A stretch of 64,000 bases of DNA from Wickerhamiella versatilis (lineage: Eukaryota). Location of the stretch: contig JAQOWU010000007.1 in NCBI GenBank assembly GCA_030867685.1, positions 124,001-188,000 on the forward strand, given 5' to 3'. The position numbers were made by a program, and so were the translations under genes. The notes beneath the pieces are model-generated. The model saw only the letters and a program-made list of their open reading frames with translations, had not been told where the DNA came from and searched no databases. This document shows positions 19,901 to 27,809 of the stretch, piece by piece; positions within the stretch are counted from its first letter, which is position 1; the number at the start of each line of letters is the position of its first letter.

Positions 19901-21622
19901 CTTCGATTGATCAACGAGGGAATCTCTAGTGTGATAGTGAAGTTTGGTGGAGGACTTTCTCTTAACCCATGCTGTGTAATCTGGGAAGAGGTCAACTGGT
20001 CTGCGGACTATGTTAACCAGGTAAACGATATTATTGACAAGATTAACGTCTTGGCACCTATTAAGTTGCCGCATATTTCTGGTTTTGTTCTCAGTGTAGG
20101 TGTGTCTGACTGTTCGAGTTCTTCATCGACTAGGACTGTCTCAAGTATTGGCACGTATTCTATCTCTGGAAGTGCTAGGTCGAGTTCCAGGAAACCGTCT
20201 ACATCTCTGACTTCTCGCCAATCTATACTCCCCTCTAGTGAGACCAGCATACGTTCCTCGGTGACATCTAGAAGCACGAGTACAGCTAGTATTTCGCGAA
20301 GTACGACTGCTCGGCAAAGTATATCATCTGTCTCGACACCAACTGGGACCTCTTCGAGTCAAAGCTCAGGGGGAGTATTGCGTTCTAGCTCGCAAGGCAA
20401 ATCATCATCAATACATAGCAAGTCATTCTCAAGTAGTGGCAAGTCACATGTTAGCTCGAGTACCATTTCTTCGGCGCCCTCCTTCAGTACTTCAAGCGCA
20501 CCGAAGTCAAGTCTGTCTTCAAGTGGTTCTAGCAAGTCACATGTTAGCTCGAGCACCATTTCTTCGGCGCCCTCCTTTAGTACTTCAAGCGCACCGAAGT
20601 CAAGTCTGTCTTCAAGTGGTTCTAGCAAGTCACATGTTAGCTCGAGCACCATTTCTTCGGTGCCCTCCTTTAGTACTTCGAGCGCACCAAAGCCAAGTCT
20701 GTCTTCACGGGTTTCTAGCTCATCAGGCGTGCACTGGAGTAATTCTAGCTCAATTGCGACAACTTCCACCTCTCATGTGCCATCTCCAGCTTCTAGTGGT
20801 TGCTCCTGCACCCTTGTTGGGACCCAAACTCCCGATGATGATTGCAGCTCTGATATTTCTCAGTCAGTGTTTGACGATTTGACTAATGCAAACGAGGAGA
20901 TTCAGCATCTGATTGCGTCCGGGTTGAGTCCTGACGACTTTACCAAGGTGTTATCCAGTATTTCTCATGTTATCACAGAGAGCGAGTCCTCTCTCAGCTC
21001 TGGCGGTTGTATTAACTCTGGTGATGGCCGTAGTATGATCTCACATTTGGAAACCCTCATTGGGTCTCTTGCCGAGGCCACTGCCCAAGAAAGTTCGGAA
21101 GACCTATTTGGCCAATGTCCTAGTTGCTTGAGCAGTTTTGGAAATGTTAGCAAGTCGATATCTGAACTCCTTAGGGAACTCGATGGCAAGCTGAAATCTA
21201 ATCCGTGCTCTGTTGATTGCGGTGGAGTATCTACCCTGAATAATTACGTCAGTACTTTGAATTCTTTCATTAGTTCATTGAATTCGAAGTATGGTACGAA
21301 CATCGCGAAGATTTCAAGTATCTCGGCTTGTGGTTCTGGTCAAAGATCGTGTTCAAAGAGTACTTGGACAACCACGATTCCTGTTCCTTGCACACAAACC
21401 TCTCTTCTCACTGGAACGGTCTATACCACTGGTAAACCAGAGGCAGCTGTCAGGCTGATGCAGGGGTCCAATGCGTTACGTGCTCGGGCCGTTCCTACAG
21501 CTGCAATTTCTAAGAGTGAATCTGAGAATTCAGGTGCTGTAGCTCAATCAGACTCTGGTGGCATCGCTAAGCCTATGGGGGTGTTCGTGATTACTGGCGT
21601 TCTTGTTGCGGCCCTTGTTTAA
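13988..21622 (+). CDS. Giant Flo11-type GPI-anchored adhesin with tandem globular repeat domains
   Basis: ATG at 13988 precedes a signal peptide (the ORF is open from 13862). Flo11A-like domain at 14135-14611 (LKIIG, MPSFQIQYDW, TGCNN.DNNGNSQTD..FCW..NC), Ser/Thr stalk, and hydrophobic C-terminal GPI signal. Confidence 0.88.
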   Translation: MVNVCQTLLTVLFSAGAVVGTDSSSFQDRSAPLQHRSANSCPSSSIYPQCPHYNFGFHASQANMPNASISVTDATLVSGSTYNVTISFQAEENMDISALDELKIIGLQSSSETTDVLYSVNEKKKFIESPKKWDATVQVNANVKGNTACMPSFQIQYDWCSLSASSAASECNSWKYAKSYDYITGCNNVDNNGNSQTDASTFCWPVNCEDEASSTTSVATESSSTSIFVPGTTATRSAHNVRSSALTTTTAIPTTTISFTSPATHSIPLPTASSKCQCDNEDVVEDIVDALGKAVDESFTVLSAGLTPWNLPKKISSIQSLYKDVQSQASDISCISYSSQAQLFKILDQALEIVHELLEGVESFGLVELVEQIAPGLRLINEGLSSVIVKFGGGLSLNPCCVIWEEVNWSSDYVNQVNGIVNKVNILAPIKLPHISGFDLGVGVSDCSLSKSSGATVVSSKTFSSKLSSASSKDSSSKIATASVTPTTTIPFSSPATHSVPLPTASSSCQCDNEDVVEDIIDALGKAVDESFTVLSAGLTPWNLPKQISSIQSLYKDVQSQASDISCISYSSQARLFKILDQALEMVHELLEGVESFGLVELVEQIAPGLRLINEGISSVIVKFGGGLSLNPCCVIWEEVNWSADYVNQVNGIVDNVNVLAPIKLPHISGFDLSVGASDCSLSKSSGATVASSKTSSSKIATATVTPTTTIPISSPSTHSIPLPTASSKCQCDNEDVVDNIIDVLGKAVDESFTVLSAGLTPWNLPKQISSIQSLYKDVQSQASDISCISYSSQAQLFKILDQALEIVHELLEGVESFGLVELVEQIAPGLRLINEGISSVIVKFGGGLSLNPCCVIWEEVNWSADYVNQVNEIIDNVNVLAPIKLPHISGFDLSVGVSDCSLSKSNGATVASSKTSSSKIATASVTPTTTIPISSPATHSIPLPTASSSCQCDNEDVVEDMINALGKAVDESFTVLSTGLTPWNVFKQVSSIQSLYKDVQDQASDISCISYSSQAQLFKILDQALEIVHELLEGVESFGLVELVEQVAPGLRLINEGISSVIVKFGGGLSLNPCCVIWEEVNWSADYVNQVNGIVDNINVLAPIKLPHISGFDLSVGVSDCSLSKSSGATVASSKTSSSKIATATVTPTTAIPISSPSTHSIPLPTASSSCQCDNEDVVQEIIDALGKAVDESFTVLSAGLTPWNLPKQISSIQSLYKDVQSQASDISCISYSSQAQLFKILDQALEIVHELLEGVESFGLVELVEQVAPGLRLINEGISSVIVKFGGGLSLNPCCVIWEEVNWSADYVNQVNGIVDNVNVLAPIKLPHISGFDLSVGVSDCSLSKSSGATVASSKTSSSKIATASVTPTTTIPISSPATHSVPLPTASSSCQCDNEDVVEDMISALGKAVDESFTVLSAGLTPWNLPKQISSIQSLYKDVQSQASDISCISYSSQAQLFKILDQALEIVHELLEGVESFGLVELVEQVAPGLRLINEGISSVIVKFGGGLSLNPCCVIWEEVNWSSDYVNQVNGIVDNINVLAPINLPHISGFDLSVGVSDCSLSKSSLASTATSRTFISKATTASSKKSTSKIATASVTPTTTIPFSSPATHSIPLPTASSSCQCDNEDVVQDIIDALGKAVDESFTVLSAGLTPWNLPKQVSSIQSLYKDVQSQAGDISCISYSSQAKLFKILDKALEINHELLEGIGSLGIVELVEQVAPGLRLINEGISSVMVKFGGGLSLNPCCVIWEEVNWSADYVNQVNDIIDNLNVLAPIKLPHISGFDLSVGVSDCSSSRSSGAMISTSKTSSSKLASVSSRASRSTFSTASSKKSTSKIGTASVTPTTTIPISSPATHSIPLPTASSSCQCDNEDVVQEIIDALGKAVDESFTVLSAGLTPWNLPKQISSIQGLYKDVQSQASDISCISYSSQAKLFKILDQALEINHELLEGIGSLGIVELVEQVAPGLRLINEGISSVIVKFGGGLSLNPCCVIWEEVNWSADYVNQVNDIIDKINVLAPIKLPHISGFVLSVGVSDCSSSSSTRTVSSIGTYSISGSARSSSRKPSTSLTSRQSILPSSETSIRSSVTSRSTSTASISRSTTARQSISSVSTPTGTSSSQSSGGVLRSSSQGKSSSIHSKSFSSSGKSHVSSSTISSAPSFSTSSAPKSSLSSSGSSKSHVSSSTISSAPSFSTSSAPKSSLSSSGSSKSHVSSSTISSVPSFSTSSAPKPSLSSRVSSSSGVHWSNSSSIATTSTSHVPSPASSGCSCTLVGTQTPDDDCSSDISQSVFDDLTNANEEIQHLIASGLSPDDFTKVLSSISHVITESESSLSSGGCINSGDGRSMISHLETLIGSLAEATAQESSEDLFGQCPSCLSSFGNVSKSISELLRELDGKLKSNPCSVDCGGVSTLNNYVSTLNSFISSLNSKYGTNIAKISSISACGSGQRSCSKSTWTTTIPVPCTQTSLLTGTVYTTGKPEAAVRLMQGSNALRARAVPTAAISKSESENSGAVAQSDSGGIAKPMGVFVITGVLVAALV
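14720..20115 (+). repeat. Eight near-identical in-frame tandem repeats (periods 699, 663, 663, 663, 663, 699, 735 bp)
   Basis: CQCDNEDVV recurs near 14813, 15512, 16175, 16838, 17501, 18164, 18863 and 19598. The antisense ORFs in the track repeat with the same periods. Confidence 0.95.
20441..20710 (+). repeat. About three copies of a 93-bp (31-aa) Ser-rich repeat
   Basis: aagtcacatgttagctcgag at 20441, 20534 and 20627, encoding KSHVSSSTISSAPSFSTSSAPKSSLSSSGSS. Confidence 0.92.
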
Positions 21623-22872
21623 ATTTTTAATATCTCTATTTTTATATACCCATTTTGTAATTTCCTTCTTTGAATTAAATGAATTTCAAACTTCGTGAAA
21701 AAAATTCATCGGTTTTGCGCATCCAAACTAAATTATCGTGCAATATAGAGGATAAAGCAATAAGAAAGTGACACAGAGTGCAGGATAAGCCTCACTACAG
21801 CTATAGTGCACTATCACTCAAATTCTTTTTATGACGTAGAATAGTAGAACATGTAAAAGCAAAGAAGTCGACGGTTTAAGAATTTTTGGGGAACGCACAA
21901 AGTTTTGCCTTTGGTGAGACCGATCTCTAGTCATAACCGCTCTTGCCCAATTCGTCATTTGTAGTAACACGACTCTGTATATAATGAGCGACGTCCATGC
22001 TCTCACAAGTAATGAAGCTCTCTTGGTGTAAAATTCTAGAACTACTCTAGCAATCTTAATTACAGCATCACGCTAACAATCATACGATCACTGAGTCCAG
22101 CCTAACTTGTAGTTAACCCAGTGCGGCAAACACTATTTCTGGAAGTTGAGGTTGTTGAGCAGAGGATATGATGATGTTAGAGCTGGATTGGTACGGTTGC
22201 TGGCTTCCTACCAAAATAGATACTATACTATATATGCTAGGCTTTTACAAAGCACCAAGCTTAGTGTGCATTTAGAGTTAAGTAGTCAGCAAAGACACCG
22301 GCCCAGGTAAGCACGCGAAAGGTAACTATCACATTATGAAAGCAGCATTGTCACTAGATGCGGCTCAGCTTCACATTGGTCACTACTGAAGTGGCACGAA
22401 TTCTAACACAAATTGGCTAACAAGCATATACCTCTAAAAGTCAAGCTATTACGCGTTATCTAACCATGCCCTATCAACTAGCAATAGGCACATTATTTAG
22501 GAGACAATATTAGGCCTGTGGCTCGCCGGCTAAGCCTACTTACTCGAAAGTCAAGCTTGGTTATGACATTTGCGTATCGTAATCATGGCTGAGATCACAG
22601 CTTAATCTATTGACCGTTTAGCGGGCGCATGTGGGTCCTCTTCTTAAAACCTTTAAATTTGATATTAGAGCATTGACTTTATGAAACTCACTGTGCTCCA
22701 AAAGAAAGTCCTTCAGAATGTCTTGTACAGTCCACCTAGTCAGTTGCCCCTTTCCGATGGGCTGCTCGGAGCTCCGGGTGAATTTTATTATTGCGCATAC
22801 TGATTTCCCTCACCCTAGCCCCACTTATATACGCCTTGTTTCATCGATTGTGCTTCCTATTTTTTGGATAAA

Positions 22873-24924
22873 ATGTGGCTTCTATTCGTAGTGGCCTCGG
22901 TTTCGACCACTCTGGGCTATGCCGTACCTGACTACTACTTCTCGTTGTGTAATGCCATTGTGGGGTCTAACGCAGCGGTCTCGAAGGTCTGTCCCGAAGC
23001 CTCTCCAGAATGCGTTTGTGGTCTCGACTGGTGGCTCGAGACCATGCGTGACTGCATCACCACAGCCAGCAATGCAAGCAGGACCCCTGAGAGTGCTGCT
23101 AACTGGAGCTGGGAAGCTATGTGTGCTACATGTGACAAAGTCGAAAACGGCTCTCTCAGATCGCTACAGGAACTTCCACAGCGTGGTGCGATAAATCGAA
23201 CCTTTATGGAGGCTAATAAAACGGCTTCTGCGGGCGCCTTTCACGTTCCGCTCGAAATGATTCAAGACGCAAACGTGATCGAAGCAGGCATGGCAAATCA
23301 TGAAACCAGCTATGTATCTTACTACTACTCCATGGGTACGCTTGGATATTTCTTTGGCATAGTGGTGTTGCGCTCATGCACCTATTGGCTATCGTGGCTA
23401 CTTCCATCCTTATCACAAAGAGTGTTTAACACGCACATTGCAAGGTTTCTCCGTAAGCATATTGCCCTGCCAGCTTTGTTCAACCATCGAGCGGCTGAAC
23501 CATTCCGAGTCACCCGCTGGTTGCTGCCCCGTCGCTTGATATCCCTGGCTCTGTTTGGGTACTACGTGATTATCCTGACATTTCTGTCAATAAAGTATTA
23601 TGTTGAATTGAGCCCTTTTGGGTATTCCACTCAGACTTCTTTTGTCACCACTGCACTTAGCACCCGCGCAGCATATCTTGCGACGTATCTGCTTCCCATT
23701 GTTTTTGCCACAGCAGGAAGAAATAACGTGCTGATATACTTGACCGGCTGGTCATTCGAGGAATGGAATCACTTTCATCGATATCTCGCCAGGCTAGTTG
23801 TTCTTCTTATAATCGTACATGCAATTTGCCACTGCATAACTGTCGAAGTTTCCGGAAGTAATTTATCAACACCTTGGTCTACTATGGGCGTTTGGGCACC
23901 GGGAGCCATGGCACTAATCTTCATGGGTGTGATGGTTGTGCAGGCTATGAAATACTTCCGTGAGAAGGCCTATGAGATTTTTCTAGTAGTCCATATACTG
24001 ATGGCAGTTGGATTTGTTGCATCGGTATGGTATCATGTTACGCGAATCGGTGCTTGCAAGGAGCAAATCTATACAGTAGTCGCATTATGGGCATATGACA
24101 GGGTTGCAAGAATAGTGCGTATCCTTATTTCTGGTCCATTCTCCCGTTGTGATATAGTAACTCACGATGGTGTGGTTGAATTGACCATACGCTACTCAGG
24201 CTTGTGGAGGGCGCGGCCTGGCCAGCATGTTTTCATCCACTTTATGGACCCGTTATATTTCTGGCAAGCTCATCCATTCACTGTAATGAAGCCCGAGAAA
24301 GAAGATGGTAAAATTCTGAAGGTATTTGCCCAAGCCCAATCGGGAATCACCAAGCATATATTATTGCATCATAGGCGTGAATGGACAGTCTGGGTTGATG
24401 GTCCGTATGGCATTGAATTTGATACTCGTCCATTCAAGGAAATTGTACTGATTGCTGGAGGAATCGGGATTACCGCCTGTCAGGCGTATGCTAGTCATAT
24501 CTTGAATCAGGGAAAAGACCAGCATTTGACCCTACATTGGATCATCAGAGATGAATATCCGCTGTTATGGTTCCAAGAGCAGCTTCAGCAATTTTGTATC
24601 GATCATCCTAATGTCTCTGTGACTACTTATGTCACATTCGGGGCACAGAGAGGTATAAGAAGTACTGTGGTAGCAGGCAGTAAAAAAGAAGATGAGATTT
24701 CGACAAAATATGACATGCGGTCAAATATTGCTATCAACAAGAAATATGGCCGGCCTTCACTCGGTAATATAACTGATAAGCATATAGCCCAATCTCAGGG
24801 CCCATTAGCATTCTTCGTCTGCGGTCCAGCTCGTATGTCAGATGATGTCAGGCAAGCAGTTGTCACGGGGTTGGACAGGACGGACAACTATGTCCAATTC
24901 TACGACGAGACATTCACGATGTAG
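22873..24924 (+). CDS. Ferric/cupric reductase (FRE family)
   Basis: Signal peptide plus Cys-rich N-terminus, GRNN, FHRYLAR and H-x12-H heme ligands, HPFT, DGPYG, IAGGIGIT, CGPARM. ATG at 22873; the track start is TTG. Confidence 0.92.
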   Translation: MWLLFVVASVSTTLGYAVPDYYFSLCNAIVGSNAAVSKVCPEASPECVCGLDWWLETMRDCITTASNASRTPESAANWSWEAMCATCDKVENGSLRSLQELPQRGAINRTFMEANKTASAGAFHVPLEMIQDANVIEAGMANHETSYVSYYYSMGTLGYFFGIVVLRSCTYWLSWLLPSLSQRVFNTHIARFLRKHIALPALFNHRAAEPFRVTRWLLPRRLISLALFGYYVIILTFLSIKYYVELSPFGYSTQTSFVTTALSTRAAYLATYLLPIVFATAGRNNVLIYLTGWSFEEWNHFHRYLARLVVLLIIVHAICHCITVEVSGSNLSTPWSTMGVWAPGAMALIFMGVMVVQAMKYFREKAYEIFLVVHILMAVGFVASVWYHVTRIGACKEQIYTVVALWAYDRVARIVRILISGPFSRCDIVTHDGVVELTIRYSGLWRARPGQHVFIHFMDPLYFWQAHPFTVMKPEKEDGKILKVFAQAQSGITKHILLHHRREWTVWVDGPYGIEFDTRPFKEIVLIAGGIGITACQAYASHILNQGKDQHLTLHWIIRDEYPLLWFQEQLQQFCIDHPNVSVTTYVTFGAQRGIRSTVVAGSKKEDEISTKYDMRSNIAINKKYGRPSLGNITDKHIAQSQGPLAFFVCGPARMSDDVRQAVVTGLDRTDNYVQFYDETFTM

Positions 24925-25546
24925 AGACACAGCAGAAGTACTTACTTAAATAGACTATAGACTAGAGAATTTGACTTTCATAAATTATAATCTGTCAAAG
25001 ATAAGATTGCTGAAGATAATGTATCCTACATTATCGACTTATTGACTAATACATGAGCATAAAGTATATCTAATTCTAATTGGGTGCTAAAACACTGTAT
25101 ATCCAGCCCTACTGTCACGCCGTTCCTGAGACTGGTTGGAAAATGCGACATAGCCCACCTCGGTTTGCACGAATGTCATGCATTATCTTGCGCACACGAC
25201 TCAAGATAGTGATCAAGAGTCACTTTATTGCCAATTATACATTAGATGGTCCTTCCAAAGCACCAAAGCACCAGTGTATCACTAATATAGAGTACGAAGC
25301 TCCAAAGCTCTACAGAACATTGGCAAGAGTTAGATATGCGGCTTAGTGCCTCTGGTGGTGGCTACTTTACGCATGGTTGCTGCTACTACTTTTGTAATTC
25401 GCAGGCTACGTCGACTAGATTTATATCAGTAAGCGCAATCTCATCTAAAGTGTTAGTGGACCGTCTTGCTTTATCCAATCAGTCTCAGGTAGTGAAGTGG
25501 ATTACCTTATTTAGGAATCACGGATAAATTTACACTGTGCAAAAGA

Positions 25547-25571
25547 TACATACATACATACATATATATAT
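25547..25571. repeat. Short (ATAC)n/(AT)n microsatellite
   Basis: atacatacatacatacatatatatat seen directly in the sequence. Confidence 0.6.
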
Positions 25572-25796
25572 GACAAATGAAATATCTTTGACCGGTAACA
25601 AATAATAAATAGATAGAGATGTGTAAACATAGTTGGAGCTTCTAGGCTCGTCATTAACTTTGCGAAGCGAAATTAGCCTAAATTAATCTAAAACTTTAAA
25701 AAATTAGCGAACTTGTTTCAGAATTATGATAAAATATACCGACGAACTGCTTAAATATGCCAGTATACCAGCTCAATTGCCATCCTTCTTTTCCTC

Positions 25797-26354
25797 ATGC
25801 AATTCACCACTCTTTCCATCCTTGCTTCTTTCGTTCTAGCTGCCCCTTCAAACTTCGATAACACCGTCGAAGACTGTTTCGACCAGAGTGACTATGACGC
25901 CAGCTCCAATCCTAACATGGCCGGCCTCCACAACGCCATCACCAACTCGAAGCAGGTCGTTGACACTCTGGCAGGACAAATCAAGTCAGGGGATGGTCAT
26001 GCAGTTGCCAGCTCGCTCAATGCCTTGATTACAGGAACTGACTCCCAGATTGACAATGTCCTGGGCATGCTCACGGACTCCAAGTTGTTAACATACGCCT
26101 CCCTCGGTGTCAACAAGGATATTGGTAACTTCCTTCTTGGCGACTTCTTCCAGTCCGTGACCAACGGTGTCGAGGTTCTGATCGGTAACATTGGTGGTGG
26201 TGCCATAGACTTGATCACCGACGGTGGGGTCAAAGACCTTTCAGAAGCCATTGGCAAGCTTAACGATATGGCATCCAAGGATTACCATGTTAGTGACAAC
26301 AAGGTTAATGCACTGACCAACGCTAACACCCAGCTCATGCAGCTCAAGCATTAG
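25797..26354 (+). CDS. Small secreted protein, family A (unknown function)
   Basis: Signal peptide, strong C-ending codon bias; paralogous to 26671-27189. Confidence 0.85.
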   Translation: MQFTTLSILASFVLAAPSNFDNTVEDCFDQSDYDASSNPNMAGLHNAITNSKQVVDTLAGQIKSGDGHAVASSLNALITGTDSQIDNVLGMLTDSKLLTYASLGVNKDIGNFLLGDFFQSVTNGVEVLIGNIGGGAIDLITDGGVKDLSEAIGKLNDMASKDYHVSDNKVNALTNANTQLMQLKH

Positions 26355-26670
26355 ACTATAAAACAGTTCCGTACTTTGTAGATATATACATATATATTCA
26401 ATCACTCAATATAAACCTATAATACCGGCAACACATATTGTATCGCATATTACATCTCAGGATGCAGCAGTTTGGTTTTGGATCAAAATTCACGAAAAAG
26501 CTTGTAAGGAACCTATCGCTTAATATTAACTAGAAATATCGATCGCCGCTGAAATGCATGGAATAAACGCTTACATTCTGGGCAGATCGTACAAAGGATG
26601 TCATCGGAGACAAACTTAGATAGAGCAAAAAAAATATGACTGGTTGTTGTTGGCTACCATAAAAAAGGAT

Positions 26671-27189
26671 TTACTTTGATTTTGGCAATGTGTTCTGGAT
26701 TTGCTTGTTGAGATCCTGCAACCTTGAAGTGTCCACGTTACTCTTGGAGGATAGCTCCGAAAGACGCGAATAATCTCCGGTTATACGTCCAACCATCTCG
26801 GCATCCATTCTGTCAGCTGCCCCACCCACCATGTTGGAAAGAAAAACTTCAGCACCGTTCGTCACGGACTGCACGAAAGGTCCAAGCAGAACATTTCCAA
26901 CGGCTTCACTCAGTCCTCCGGTGAGAGGTGCAAGTGCCTTTGATGTGGTAGCGATAGCATTGTCGATCTGGGAGTCGGCACCGGTTATGTAGGCAGTCAT
27001 GCGGTCAGCGTTGGCATGAATATCTCCATTGCCCCTAAGCTGGTTGTTGAGGGTGTCTTGAACTTGCTGGTGGTTTATCATGCCATTTTGAGATCCAGTA
27101 AGATCATTGTAATGATTGTGGCTGTTGCCCTGAGGCGTTTCCGCGGAAACAAGAGCAAAAAGAGCGAGAGAGAGAGTAGAGGTGTACAT
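26671..27189 (-). CDS. Small secreted protein, family A (convergent paralog)
   Basis: Signal peptide; shares ITGxDSQIDN and GNxLLGxFxQSVTNGxEV...NxxGGAxD with 25797-26354. Confidence 0.85.
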   Translation of the reverse strand: MYTSTLSLALFALVSAETPQGNSHNHYNDLTGSQNGMINHQQVQDTLNNQLRGNGDIHANADRMTAYITGADSQIDNAIATTSKALAPLTGGLSEAVGNVLLGPFVQSVTNGAEVFLSNMVGGAADRMDAEMVGRITGDYSRLSELSSKSNVDTSRLQDLNKQIQNTLPKSK

Positions 27190-27809
27190 TTCGATTGATA
27201 AGGGAACTTGCTCCCAATGATGGACTTAAATACCTGATTTCGGGCCCATTGGGTCTTACCGTACACCCTCTGATGAGTTTTGGGAAGATTATCTGGTGGT
27301 GCATCTCGTAATCTTATCTAGACTTCTGTCGGTGCTCGCCGTACCTGGACACTGTTGGAAATTGCAATCCAAGTTAGTCCCATTGCAACACTTCGGGCAG
27401 AGATAATTCGACACCGTTTCTAAATTTTTTTGTTCGTACATTAAGGATTAGCGGGTTCAGCCGTATTACTCTAAAACATGCTATATAATGGCATTTGCTG
27501 ATTAACGCCCCACACAAGGGGAGCGCTGGCTCAATGTGAAACAAGAAGCAGACTTGGAGAGTCAAATGCGAAAGGCTACTGGCTCACTGGAGAGGTTACG
27601 GTTACGAAATTAGCCAATCTTACAAAATTTCATAGTGGTGTTGTACACTAGACCTTCCGAAGTGTGGCGACCGTTATAAGCATCACTGCGACTGCGGAAA
27701 CGTTCCGTTCATAGCCGAAGTAAATAAGGCACAGGCTGATGAACAAGGTCGCAAAATATTTGACTGCAGTAAGTGCCAAAATCCGATCATCGTCACTGAC
27801 GAGGGAAAT

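Noticed and set aside
14720-20115. Repeat array as a CRISPR or transposon array
   Set aside because: Units are 663-735 bp, in frame within one ORF, with no spacers, terminal repeats or transposase.
14572-20277. Recurrent antisense and off-frame ORFs within the adhesin
   Set aside because: They are shadows of the repeated sense-strand coding unit, recur at the same periods and have no independent motifs.
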